A DNA stretch of 64,000 nt from an uncultured Phycisphaerales bacterium. GTDB lineage: Bacteria > Planctomycetota > Phycisphaerae > Sedimentisphaerales > Anaerobacaceae. The position numbers and the translations under genes were made by a program. Positions 53,361 through 64,000 of this stretch are shown here, one piece after another. The notes beneath the pieces were generated by a model. It was given only the letters and a program-made list of their open reading frames with translations. It made no database searches and was not told the origin of the DNA. The DNA is taken from positions 128,001 through 192,000 of the forward strand of contig CAVYYI010000002.1 of the NCBI GenBank assembly GCA_963772725.1, written 5' to 3'. Position 1 is the first letter of the stretch. Each line of letters begins with the position of its first letter.

Positions 53361-54595
53361 ATGATGCCTCTTTTTTTGCAAGGAAGATTGTTTTTTGTCA
53401 GGATGGCCCTGTTATTGGCGGTTTTATTGCTGATTGTGGTCGGTATGGCGGCTATTTACGCTGTCGGCCACCCCGCCGAAACAACCTCACAAACCAATAA
53501 ATGGGCGAATTTATGGCAAAAACAGGCCTTTTTCGCTGTCCTCGGCGGCATTGCCTTTTGGCTTATTAATCTTGTCAATTATCGCCGTTTCGGCCAGATT
53601 AGCGGCTGGTTATACGCATTTATACTATTATTACTGGCACTTTTGCTGGCGGGACACGTCATGAACATACCATTTATACCCCTGATAAAAGGCTCAATTC
53701 GATGGATAGATATACCCGGTCTGCCCGATATGCAGCCTTCGGAATTCTGCAAGGTTGTGTACGTTCTGGCGCTGGCGTGGTACCTGCGTTATCGCAGTAA
53801 TTATCGCAGTTTTACCGCCCTTATAGGACCTTTTGCCCTGACACTGCTGCCGATGGCGATGATTCTGCTCGAACCGGACCTCGGAACCGCCCTTCTTATG
53901 ATGCCGATATTCTTTGTAATGCTCTTTATGGCAGGCGCGAAAGGTAAACACCTTATTTTTATCATTCTACTGGCGATTTTAGTAAGCCCGTTTCTGTGGC
54001 ACAGAATAAACCCTTATCAGCGGGCCAGGATTAGCAGCGTCCTGCTTCAAAGTCAGTGGATACGCCAAAAAGCAGTCGAACACCCGAAATTCGCGGAAAT
54101 TCTTATTGGCAAGGGCAAAAAATTCAGTCCCAGCCAATGGGAACGCGAGGAAGGCTATCATCTGATACGCTCGAAATACGCCATAGCCTCCGGCGGGCTG
54201 ACGGGCTACGGCTTTCGAAAAGGGCCTTTCATTAAATATAACTCTTTTCTGCCTGAACGGTATAACGATTTCGTTTTTGCCGTAATTGCACATCAGTGGG
54301 GCTTTATCGGGTGCGAGGGATGCTGTTTATCTATGTAATTATCATTATTTGCGGACTGGCAATCGCGGCGAACAATAACGACCCGTTCGGCAGGCTGCTT
54401 GCGCTGGGGATAGTAACGATGTTCGCATCGGAGTGCATTATTAATATCAGTATGACCATAGGCCTTATGCCGATAACGGGGCTGACGCTGCCTTTTGTCA
54501 GCTACGGCGGCTCAAGCCTGCTGGTGAATATGATTTCGGTGGGACTGCTGAATAATGTCGGCAGGAGCAGGCTTTTCACACTGGTACCAAAATGA
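53361..54595 (+). CDS. rodA: SEDS (RodA/FtsW) protein, frameshift at ~54315
   Basis: RWI, QPSEFCK, LEPDLGT, YQRARI, LPERYNDFVF, PITGLTLPFVSYGGSS; RodA versus FtsW is not certain. Confidence 0.85.
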
Positions 54596-54633
54596 TTAAC
54601 GTCGCTGTCTTGGTGATTTTATTTTTTGGGCAG

Positions 54634-55432
54634 TTATTTTACCGCCTCTAAGCATAAAGGCTCTATCTGATAATATTGGCCTATTAAATCATGAACATCC
54701 TCAAGGACTTCACGGCCTGCAGAATTTGCTTCCAGACCCAAAAACTGCACCAAGGCAAATATTTTTCTCATCTGCCGTAGTCGATACGTTTCTAATTTGC
54801 GCATTGAATTTAGCTTCCTTTTCTATTGACGGCACCGCCAAATCCAACTGCACAAACCGGCCTTTCTGGAAATTTGTTTTTCCCTCAGTCTCAATCGCAA
54901 TCTGGACGCCGTCTTTGGAAATATCAACGAGAGCAACTTCCTGGCTGAGGCTGTCTTTCGACACTTCCCGATTAATATTTCCGTACTCCGAATATGTTAA
55001 TGTCAAGTCCATCCTGACCTTTTTCGGTATATTCAAACGAGAATAGTTTCTCCTTTGCGGATGCCTGCCGCTGTCCGTAAAAGTTATAATTCCGCCTTTA
55101 TCCTGGTCGAGCCACGGCTCCAAAGTGACTATATCCTTTACGATACCCTTAAATATACTATCAAATCCATAAGTTATAAAAATACCTCTTACCATGGCAT
55201 TAAGCTTGCACAAAATAAATCGACCGCCAACATCGGTTATTACTTTTTTTAATTTCACGAGCTGACAAAGTGTCGTGCAGGTAACTGTCTCTAAACGGCT
55301 TAAATCCAATATGACCTCAGAGGCCTTTCTATGATTTACAATGTCAGTTACCGTCTGCAGTTCATTGACCGTTTGCGGTTCAACAGGCAGTTTGACAATT
55401 AAAGAACTTTTTTCCGCTTCTTTTTTCCCCAT
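54634..55432 (-). CDS. STAS + PilZ domain protein, frameshift at ~54745
   Basis: VILDLSRLE (STAS); QRRNYSR and DISKDG (PilZ RxxxR, DxSxxG); alternative frame QFLGLE...AVK*. Confidence 0.75.
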
Positions 55433-55591
55433 TTTTAAAAGCCCCGAAATTATTTGGTCGAACCGGCCATATTTTCCAACAATAAGTACTTACTTTTCGA
55501 CAATATTATAGGATGACTTTATACGTAAAATTATGAAATTTATATTTCCGGGGCTTTCTTAACCATATCGGGCTGAAAAACGGCGGATTTG

Positions 55592-57218
55592 TCAGTTTTG
55601 GCTGGTTTTGATTGAGCCGCTCAGCTCAGCCAGTTCCGGGGCTTTTAGGAGCCAGACGGTAATAACAAATGAAACCATGCCTGCGGGGACGCATGTCGCG
55701 ACGATAATCCAGTTTCGCACGTCGCCGAGTTTCCAACGCAGAAGATAAACGACAGCGGTCATTATTACGCAGCCGCAAACTGTTCTGGCGAAACTGGCGG
55801 CGAGTTTTCTTCCGCCAAAGAGTCCGAGTCGTTTTCGCAGGAGGTAAATTAAGACTGCGGAATTAATGGTGAAGGTCAGGGCGGTAGAAAGGCCAAAAGC
55901 ACCGGCACCAAAGCCGGAGAATCCAGACCATAGTCAACAGCATTGTAATATTTACAACGGCCATTGCGCAGGAGACTTTTAACGGGGTGGTGGTGTCCTT
56001 GAGGGAATAAAAGGAGCGTGCGAGAATCTGATAGGTGCAGTATGCCCACATTCCCATCGCGTACATTTGGAGAATAAAGGCGGAGTTGGCGGCGTCGGCT
56101 GGAGTAAAATTGCGGCGGGCGTAAATAAGTTTCATAATGGGTTCAGCGAGAATGAATAATCCCACACCGCTGGCCATACCTTCCATAAGAGCAAGACGCA
56201 GGGCGCGGTTAATGCTGTCACGCAGGTTGACGATATCGTTTCGTGCGGCGTAGCGGGTTAAAAGAGGGAAAACGGCGACACCGAGTGAAATGGCCAGCAC
56301 ACCCATCGGGAACTGATAGAGGGCACGTGCGGCGTTAACACGGACGATTACGCCTTCCGTAAGAGGCCTGGCGAGAGTCAGACCTAAAATGTGAATTTCT
56401 TTGGCTTGTTCGGTGATGGTCAGATTCCATGCGATTATAGTGGCGATGAGTTCGGAAATCTGCAAAAAGCCCAGACCGAGGAGTACGGGGGTGAGGAGTT
56501 TGAGTATTTGTTTTATGCCGGGTTCGATAGGTTTAAGTCGGGGGCGAAATTTGAAGCCGCTCTTATGCAAAAGCCATAAAACCGCTGCCAACTGAATAAT
56601 ACCGGAGAATATTACACTTATCGCGACTAAAATTAATTTGCCGGGCAGGTTGTCTTTCATTATGGGGGTAATCCACCAGGCGGTGAGAATACCAAAGCCG
56701 CTAAGGATAATCGGTGCGGCGGCGGGATATGCGAAATGACCTTTACCGTTCAGGGCGGCGGAACCCAAAGCGAGCAGGCAAACCGTAACCATATAGGGGA
56801 ACATAATCGCGGCAAGGGTCATCAGAAGTTTTCGGTCCTCTGGTCCGGGCAACAGAGCGATAATTACAAAGACGATTTGGACGAGAACCATTATGACAAC
56901 GAGCGTGACGGCCAAGAGAGCCATCGCGTTGGCGAGAAGCTTAGCGGCTTTTTCAAAACCGTTTTTTTCGTTTGTCTCTGTGAAGACGGGGATGAAAGCT
57001 GAGGATAAAGCGCCTTCTCCAAAAAGCCTGCGAAAAAGATTGGGGATCTGAAATGCCATACCGAAGGCGTCAGTAAAACGGTTGGCGCCAAGGGAGGTAA
57101 TGGCCATGTTGTAGAGCATGCCGAAGACGCGAGAGATAAGGGTGATACCTGCGACTAATTTAGCGGCGGTAAAGAAATGCTCGCGTTCTTTATGCTCCTG
57201 ATTTTTCTTTTCATCCAT
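55592..57218 (-). CDS. murJ: Lipid II flippase MurJ, frameshift at ~55915
   Basis: SRVFG, DAFGMAFQIPNLFRRLFGEGALS.AFIP, QFPMG, FYSLKDT.TP; alternative frame continues to TGA at 55592. Confidence 0.92.
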
Positions 57219-57256
57219 GATTAGAGGTTATTGAGCCGACTGAAAAACAATAAAAG

Positions 57257-57715
57257 CTATTTCCTCCGTGAAAAGCCGGAACGTCTGAGTGACTGTTCTG
57301 ATTTTTTCCCGACCAGCTGCTGATTCTGCTGAAGTATCTTCATCGCCTTTTGGACATCTGCGACTTTGAGAACGCCTGTGGTGCGTCCGCCCTTTGCGCC
57401 GGCGGTGCAATAGGCGTAGGAAATATTTATATGGTTTTTGGCGAGCTTTTCGGCGGCATCGGCAAGCGCACCGGACTCATTGGCAAGGTTTAGACACAAA
57501 ACATCGGTTTCGTTATAAGGCATATTGAGTTTGGCCAGCACTTCCTTGGCGTGTTGAGTGGAACCAAAAATGACGCGCAAAACGCCATGCTCCATCGAAT
57601 CCATAACAGTCATCGCGACGATGTTGATTTTAGCTCTGGCGAATTCGCCAAGAACCTGGGACAGGACGCCGGGTTTGTTAACCATGAAAATCGAAAATTG
57701 GGTTGTGATAAACAT
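57257..57715 (-). CDS. Tandem ACT-domain protein
   Basis: QFSIFMVNKPGVL...INI; NESGALA...INISYAY. Confidence 0.88.
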   Translation of the reverse strand: MFITTQFSIFMVNKPGVLSQVLGEFARAKINIVAMTVMDSMEHGVLRVIFGSTQHAKEVLAKLNMPYNETDVLCLNLANESGALADAAEKLAKNHINISYAYCTAGAKGGRTTGVLKVADVQKAMKILQQNQQLVGKKSEQSLRRSGFSRRK

Positions 57716-57814
57716 AATTCTGCCTTTCCTAAATAACTATCGTCCAAAACATTTTCCAAACTTCTTCTTATTTACACAAACTAAATCAGTCAGTTTAAAT
57801 TCCTTTTTTTGTTT

Positions 57815-58180
57815 TTAATCATCGGAGGACAAGGCTTTGACGGCGGTGCCCTTATCAGCAAAAAACCTGAACATTTTATCGAGATTTGTAATTCTGAAGA
57901 CCCTGTGCAATTGGGGATCTATCGAACTTATGACAATTTCGGCTTTATATTCATTGAGGCGGGTTCTGAGGGCAAGAAGCATACCGAGAACCTGAGAGGA
58001 AAAAAACTTTACTTTTTCGAAGTCAATTATCATTTTTTTAGGACGATGGTTTTCGACAAAAGTATTTATGTTTTTCGCAACCTCCGCTATCCCCTCTGTG
58101 CTGCTGATAGAAGTAGCGTTAAAAGCCACGATAGCAAGGTCATTGCTGCCGGTAATTTCCACGCCTACTTTTTCGCTCAT
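57815..58180 (-). CDS. STAS anti-anti-sigma factor
   Basis: IIDFEKVKFFSSQVLGML...VFRITNLDKMF; likely start ATG 58180. Confidence 0.88.
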   Translation of the reverse strand: MSEKVGVEITGSNDLAIVAFNATSISSTEGIAEVAKNINTFVENHRPKKMIIDFEKVKFFSSQVLGMLLALRTRLNEYKAEIVISSIDPQLHRVFRITNLDKMFRFFADKGTAVKALSSDD

Positions 58181-58513
58181 AATATATTGCCGCCTTCGTT
58201 GTCTGTCTCTAAAGTTAATTATCGCAAATATATATGGCTGAGGCAAGGGTTTGTTCATTTTTTTCCTTTCAGTAAATTCTGTCTGAGTCTGTATATATTT
58301 ACCAATAGTAACGAAGTCGAAAGCATGAATTTCGATCCGCCTTCGACGGAGAAACAAATCAAAGATTCGCCGCGGCGAATTCAATTACCAAAATGCCAAA
58401 ACCCAAAACAATCTGTAACATCCTGTAAAAAAACGACTTATCATAAAATTGCCTCAAATTTACTCAAAAAACAAGGGGTTAAATGCTTATGTAAAAAAAT
58501 TAACATTTTTTCG

Positions 58514-58542
58514 TTGACAATTCAATGATAATCGTTAATAAT
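58514..58542 (+). promoter_or_regulatory. Candidate sigma70 promoter
   Basis: TTGACA-17 bp-AATAAT upstream of the membrane protein/HTH pair. Confidence 0.45.
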
Positions 58543-58947
58543 ATTACGTTAGTTAAGAAATAATTTAAGTATTACCTTGTTAAAGGGTGAAACACATGCT
58601 GCAAGATAGTATTAAAAAAAATGAGCGATACCTGCGTTTCTGCGCCAAAGTAGCAAGGTTTGGAGGGATACTTCTCGTTATCCTTTTTGTCATATACATA
58701 ATTGGAACATTATCCGCAGTATTTTTAGGATACGGGCATAAGGAAGATTTAATCAAAGTTTGGGGATCATTTTATATGATGTCTTCAATAATATTTGCAA
58801 TATTTTCAGTTATGTTCTTTTTCGGTGCTGCACAGTTTATAAAATATCTTCTTGATATTGACTACAAACCTAGCTGGATAATTCGAAATTGCGACAAGCT
58901 TATATATCTGTTTGTCATTTATAATATTTTTAATAATATTCATTATT

Positions 58948-60193
58948 GAGACCTCTGAAAAACCTCACATTTTATTATTCTCTTATATTTTTGCTTGAAG
59001 TGCTTCGAAAAATTATTTCGATACACCGCAAAAACTGTTTTCTCGCCTTACCAAAGGATTCTTTTATGCCTTTGGTATACCTTTTTGTCTGCTCATAAAG
59101 GTCGTGTGCCGTTATGCGGCAATACTCACCAAGCTAAAACTCCTTTTCCAATTGTACGCTATCACATGTAACCCAAAATCCAACGCGTTTCGCCTCATAC
59201 CTCGGTATCGAGTCCTGCCGTAGCCGGTATTCTTCATCCACGCAAACGGATGTTCAACCACCGCCCGAATTCCGGCAACCAAACGGTTATGCCATTTCTG
59301 TGCATGCTGTCAATTCCTTCTGGCCGCGAACTCGTTTTTCAATAATGCCGCAGAAAACGCCGCGTTCTTCAAGCCCGGCCTTGCGGTCTTTATCCATATA
59401 TGCACTGTCGGCCCAGACACTGTGCTTTTCATTTTCAACAAGTTCGTCGATATGTTTGCTGTCATGCGTTGAGGCGGTATCGAAACGATAATCCTTTATC
59501 ATGCCGTTACGGTCGGTGGCAATATGGCCTTTATAGCCATGATATACGCTGCCATGCTTTTTCGTATAGCTTGCCGCCTTGTCTTTGGTGCTGGAAATGC
59601 CGTCTTTGGCCGTTCTGCCGCGAGGAGCCTCTATTATGGTGGCATCAACGCAGGTGCCTTCTTCAAGAATAACGCCGCGAATTTTGAGTATGGCGATAGT
59701 CTTTTCAAACAGCGTGGCAATATGGCCGTTGGTATTGAGACGCTTGCGAAACTGCACAAACGTGGTTTCATCAGGGGCTGCCTGCTCCATCTTAAGGCCG
59801 ACAAATCGTCTGAACGATATACGGTCACAGAGCATCTCTTCGAGCATCGGGTCGGAGAGGTTGAACCACTTCTGGAGCATCATGCACTTTATCATCATTA
59901 CCAGCGGATAATTGGAAGCTCCGCCTTTGTCGGTATTGTTCTTGTACATATCCCTTAACGGCTCGGCAAGCTCGTTCCATGGGATAAGCTGGTCGCATTT
60001 GCGGAAAAATTCGCGGTGCGACGACCGCCGAGATCAGAGGTTAAACTGTCGAGAAATGTGGGTTGATTGCTTGTGCGTTCCATTATTTTTGCCTCCATGC
60101 AATAAAATTGACTATTGAATGGACGCATTATATCATATCCGCTGATAATTGCATTAATGTTTTGTAAAAAATGCATAGTTTTTCAGAGGTCTC
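58948..60193 (-). mobile_element. IS5-family element (1246 bp), perfect 16-bp IR, target duplication TATT
   Basis: GAGACCTCTGAAAAAC / GTTTTTCAGAGGTCTC; TATT on both sides. Confidence 0.92.
59112..60083 (-). CDS. IS5-family transposase, two frameshifts
   Basis: LSDPMLEE, PDETTF, VDATII, GYKGH, WADSAY, RAVVEHPF, RYRG. Confidence 0.88.
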
Positions 60194-60373
60194 TATTATC
60201 TTACATTAAATAAAGCGATCATTAATTCTCATAATATAGTTCATTGGGCATCAATGGCTCAATTTGGAATATTTGCCATTGTAAAAATATTGCTTTGGAT
60301 TGGATTGGCTTTTATTCTGAGAGAGGTTATATCTATCATAGATGAATCCAAAACCACTGTGTGAGGTTATATT

Positions 60374-60586
60374 ATGATTCGTGTACGTATTGATTACCTG
60401 CTGTTAGATCGGCAAATGAAACTAAATGAGCTTTCCGAAAAAACCGGCCTGGCCGTTAACAATCTTTCGATTTTAAAGACCAATAAGGCTCGCGCAATCC
60501 GATTTTCAACGCTTGAGGCAATCTGTAAGGCCTTGAACTGTACGCCAGCGGAGTTGCTCGAATATATCCCAGATAAGAAGGAATAA
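60374..60586 (+). CDS. Cro/C1-type HTH regulator (YozG-like)
   Basis: ELSEKTGLAVNNLSILKTNKARAIRFSTLEAICKALNCTPAELLEY. Confidence 0.92.
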   Translation: MIRVRIDYLLLDRQMKLNELSEKTGLAVNNLSILKTNKARAIRFSTLEAICKALNCTPAELLEYIPDKKE

Positions 60587-60648
60587 ATTTAACAGCCGCA
60601 AGAATTTAAGCACGAATACAAGTCGCATCAAGAATCGCTCGCACATTA

Positions 60649-60723
60649 TGGGCGATACTGGACTCGAACCAGTGACCTCACGGGTGTGATCCGCACGCTA
60701 CCGGAATTTGGAAGTCATCGCCC
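60649..60723 (-). tRNA. Chimeric/pseudo tRNA-Val(CAC), likely att site of the right-hand island
   Basis: 3' half TCACACCCGTGAGGTCACTGGTTCGAGTCCAGTATCGCCCA is canonical; 5' half GGGCGATGACTTCCAAATTCCGGTAGCGTGCGGA pairs the acceptor stem but lacks T8 and the D-loop consensus. Confidence 0.7.
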
Positions 60724-60881
60724 TGAAAGCACTTACAACTATTTGCCTTCCATAAGTTCTTTATAATCAAGAGGATACAACTTATTTCATCGTACTTCAT
60801 TGTATCACAACTTATCTCGTTGTTTCTCATTTTCCTAGTTTTTTCTTGCATTCTGTCTAAAAACTGTCTAAACTTTTTTCT

Positions 60882-62108
60882 ATGACTGGACGGCGTAAAA
60901 AACCAAGGTTGCGGATCGACGGGGTGTATTATACTACAAAGATATATACACCGGAAGGGAAAAGGACAACCCTCAGCTTTGGGCATGTCGATGACCGGCC
61001 AGAGGCTGAAGTTCGTGCTGTTTTTGCGAAATGGTTAGAGCTATTTGAGCGTCACCCCAAAAAACTTCTTTCGTACGATAATCCGTATGAAGGTGTTGAA
61101 CGCATCGTGAGTCCCTCCAGTGTGAGTAATGTAGGAGACTTGATGCAGAGACACCTACAATGGGCCACAAATACCCTGAGAAAAACAAGGGATGGCCTGG
61201 ATAATCCGGATTTGCCCAAAATACGTCGAGCTATAAAGTTTTTGGAACCATATTCAGACTGGCCAATTGACGACTTCGGTCCGGATGAACTAAGGGCGGT
61301 ACAGAAGACGCTGCTTGATTCTGAATATAAAGCAAACAAAACAACAAAGCGTTATACGCGGCGAGGAATAAACGACACGATAAATTGCATCAGAACAGCG
61401 TGGCGATGGGGGTTGGGAAGAGGGCTTGTAAAAATTGAGAACGTTGAGGTTCTAAAGGAAATCAGGCCGCTTAAGACCGGCCAGGATAATGTGCATGAAA
61501 ATCATCGGCGGGGAATAGTTACCGAGAAAGAATTCCATAAAGCGATTAAGAAAGCCAATCCCGTTGCGGGGGACATGCTTAGACTTATCTGGTTTACGGC
61601 AATGCGCCCCTATGAAGTCTGCGATATGAGACCATATGACATACTCACCGATGACAAGGAATGCTGGTTATATATACCCGGGCGGGACAAATCGCCTATA
61701 GGGGACCATAAGACAGCAAGATTTGGCCGCATCAAAGTGATACCTTTGACAAAGGCTGCCCAGAAAGTTCTTAAGCCGCGGATTAAAGACTTTTCATCAA
61801 AGGATTATGTGTTCAAGCCGCAGGAGGCTGTGAAAGACATGGAACGACTAATAGTGAAAACCAGGGAGAAGTATGATCACAACACCTTATGCCGTGCCTG
61901 CAAAAGAGCATGTGAACGTGCAGGTGTTAAAGAGTTTGTGCCCTACGATCTCCGCAGAACTGTTGCCACTGGCACGCGGGCCTTGTTAGGCAAAGAAGCT
62001 GCCAAAGTGCTGCTGGGGCACGCCAAGACTGACACTACAGACATTTACCTTTTAGAAGAGGTTCAGGAAGCCATAAAGATAGCAAAACTCATAGATTCCA
62101 AAACATGA
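60882..62108 (+). CDS. Phage-type tyrosine integrase
   Basis: TAMRPYEV, HKT, PYDLRRT, LLGHAKTDTTDIY; CTGTCTAAA direct repeats at 60853 and 60864. Confidence 0.92.
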   Translation: MTGRRKKPRLRIDGVYYTTKIYTPEGKRTTLSFGHVDDRPEAEVRAVFAKWLELFERHPKKLLSYDNPYEGVERIVSPSSVSNVGDLMQRHLQWATNTLRKTRDGLDNPDLPKIRRAIKFLEPYSDWPIDDFGPDELRAVQKTLLDSEYKANKTTKRYTRRGINDTINCIRTAWRWGLGRGLVKIENVEVLKEIRPLKTGQDNVHENHRRGIVTEKEFHKAIKKANPVAGDMLRLIWFTAMRPYEVCDMRPYDILTDDKECWLYIPGRDKSPIGDHKTARFGRIKVIPLTKAAQKVLKPRIKDFSSKDYVFKPQEAVKDMERLIVKTREKYDHNTLCRACKRACERAGVKEFVPYDLRRTVATGTRALLGKEAAKVLLGHAKTDTTDIYLLEEVQEAIKIAKLIDSKT

Positions 62109-62375
62109 ACTGAGGGAGAGACCTACGGATTAGAAATCCCTAAGTCTGGTCATAAGTCTCTTGTTTTCAAGGGCTTACTGGCGTTTTTTGAGTCAAAAAT
62201 AAGGGTTGCACGTGACAATCCACTCAACTAATCCATCACTAACAACCCAGTATTCACTGCTCACTGACGAACTCTTAAGAGCAAAAGAGTTATGCTACAA
62301 TGAAAGGATTTCTGTTTTAATGACCAAGTTCGCACTCGTTAGAAATTGGAGTGGACTATTAACATGGGAGATAAA

Positions 62376-62594
62376 ATGAATATCGAAACAAAATCATACC
62401 CGGATCTGCTGACGGAACAGGAGTTGATTGAATATCTGAGGATGTCAGAGGTAAGCACATCGAAAAATCTAAAAAGATCTGTCCAATATCTTAAATCTTT
62501 TAAAGAACTGCCAAGAATTAATATATGTCGCTCAACTCTTTATCCATTAAAAGCGATACGTGAATGGGTTGACAAGCAAGTGTATATTACATAA
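62376..62594 (+). CDS. Excisionase-like HTH protein
   Basis: DLLTEQELIEYLR...LPRINI...LYPLKAIREWV; GGGAG RBS; next to the integrase. Confidence 0.7.
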   Translation: MNIETKSYPDLLTEQELIEYLRMSEVSTSKNLKRSVQYLKSFKELPRINICRSTLYPLKAIREWVDKQVYIT

Positions 62595-63027
62595 ATTTGA
62601 AATGCATCAAGGCTGGGAATATCAATTTTCCAGCCTTTTTTCAGTTTCAAAACGACATCTCGCAGGAACTTGAAGGAGCAACGGTCCGACGCATAAGCAC
62701 TACCAGAATTTGATTTTAAGTAAAGCACCTCATTTATTTGGGTCACAAATAATATACTATTTTTTGTGACAACATCAAGAGGCAAACTTTTCCCCTAAAA
62801 AACAAACATATCCGCAGTCAGTTCAGAAAATGTGGAATTTGAATACATGACGGGATTCTTGCAGAAAAATGCTTTCGTCGGCAGATTTTTACTTACAAAA
62901 CGGCTAATTCTCTTTAAACCACTTACAGAAATTACGGGCCAAGCCTGTTATTTTCATTTTTATGGAAATTAAAAATAGCCAGGGGGTGGTATTTTCCAAA
63001 TGTCCTCTCTTATTTGGAAATTTGCCT

Positions 63028-63906
63028 TCATTCAAGGTTCTTGAATGTTTCATTCATTAGCCGGAGTGATTCGGTTAGTTTAAATGTCTTTCGTTCACCA
63101 GGGGCCAAAACATCTATCAACTCAGCTTCTATTCTTGAGTTCATATCTGCGATTTCATCCTTAGAACGCCCCATATTTACCCTGTATTTTGCAAGGTCTG
63201 ACTCGAAGCCATCTTCGGAAAGTTTCCTCTTAAATAGTTGCCACAATTCTTCATCCTGAAAATCAAAGCCGGCTTTTATCAAAAAACTGATGTCGTAAAA
63301 ATCTCTTGGTGCAATTGTAAGACGTGTCGCAGTAGCCCTCATCTTTTCAGCAACAAGCTCCTTCAATGCTAAACAGTTGACATATCCCCCATCAAAGAGT
63401 GGTTCTTTAGTAAATGGATGAAGAAATTTATGACTGACCTTTTGCTTTGAAACCGGGAGAATGGGATTGAATCTGAGACCAATTTCCAGTTTTATCGATT
63501 GCTTATTGCCCAGCACAGTTGAATCATAGTCTGCGTAGAAGATATATTGTGATGATTCATTACGACCGGTATTATCAATATCATCAATCGTCATGCCATA
63601 TGAATTCACATAAGATAGGATGTTACCTTTAATCGGCTTAATTAGCTTTCTTTTATCTACCCTGGGTAGTTTTTCGGATGGGAGCTGCATTATAAAATCC
63701 AGATCTTCGCTGAGGCGATAGTATGAATAATAAATTTTATTCAGGCATGTCCCACCCTTGAAAATAAGGTTCTCACTTAACCGCTCCATTCCTGAAAGAA
63801 CTATTGTGAGGTAATAATCCTTTTCCAACAGTAAAAGCGGGAATCCCGTTTGAGCAGAAGTCGCCTCAAGAACCTTTAGAAAATTTTCCTTATCATCGTG
63901 AAGCAT
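63028..63906 (-). CDS. abiEii: AbiEii nucleotidyltransferase toxin
   Basis: LEKDYY, FKGGTCL, RLSEDLDF, AEKMRA, PRDFYDI. Confidence 0.92.
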   Translation of the reverse strand: MLHDDKENFLKVLEATSAQTGFPLLLLEKDYYLTIVLSGMERLSENLIFKGGTCLNKIYYSYYRLSEDLDFIMQLPSEKLPRVDKRKLIKPIKGNILSYVNSYGMTIDDIDNTGRNESSQYIFYADYDSTVLGNKQSIKLEIGLRFNPILPVSKQKVSHKFLHPFTKEPLFDGGYVNCLALKELVAEKMRATATRLTIAPRDFYDISFLIKAGFDFQDEELWQLFKRKLSEDGFESDLAKYRVNMGRSKDEIADMNSRIEAELIDVLAPGERKTFKLTESLRLMNETFKNLE

Positions 63907-64000
63907 CTATAATAACTTTCCATTTATTATCAATCGTTCCTTTTCGTGATTTTGAGCCATACAGAGTAATCAAAGATGTATTTTTAACGCTCTTTTCCAA
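63893..64000 (-). CDS. C-terminal end of a probable AbiEi antitoxin (partial)
   Basis: ...LYGSKSRKGTIDNKWKVIIDASR* overlaps the abiEii start. Confidence 0.6.
   Translation of the reverse strand: MEKSVKNTSLITLYGSKSRKGTIDNKWKVIIDASR

Larger units (their letters stand above)
58587..60364 (+). pseudogene. DUF2975-like membrane protein interrupted by IS5
   Basis: Removing the IS restores ...NNIHY-YLTLNKA...IIDESKTTV*; followed by a YozG-like HTH gene, a typical pairing. Confidence 0.75.

Noticed and set aside
47807..57218. Programmed frameshifting or true pseudogenisation of core genes
   Set aside because: No consistent slippery motif, and indels are spread over all gene classes, consistent with sequencing error
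57809..58528. 239-aa plus-strand ORF and the extended STAS N-terminus to 58384
   Set aside because: Antisense shadow of the STAS gene; the STAS domain begins at ATG 58180

Overview
Bacterial DNA, probably from a planctomycete of the Phycisphaerae/Sedimentisphaerales type (inferred from PEP-CTERM, DUF1570-like and sulfatase-TPR genes). It has three zones. (1) About 1-37.5 kb is an accessory island whose right end looks like a displaced tRNA-Ser 3' fragment (37506-37522). It carries a Ubl + E2 + JAB/E1 ubiquitin-like operon with a coupled kinase-fold gene (E1 split by IS21), an archaeal-looking integrase plus tRNA-Val(TAC), an IS1380 with a nested IS21, a large operon of secreted proteins ending in a signal-peptide Rhs toxin with two orphan toxin/immunity cassettes bounded by shared motifs, and an Fe3+-type ABC/ChrB/porin operon. 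(2) About 40-60.6 kb holds core-like genes (ychF, fumarase beta subunit, rodA/ftsW, murJ, STAS, ACT, PEP-CTERM), including a four-helix-bundle gene bracketed by inverted heptamer arrays and an IS5 insertion. (3) From about 60.65 kb a second island begins at a chimeric tRNA-Val-like att site, with integrase, excisionase-like gene and AbiE toxin-antitoxin. Many single-base frameshifts, even in murJ and rodA, suggest long-read indel errors, so frameshift-only pseudogene calls are unreliable. All product calls come from motif recognition by eye, not database searches.
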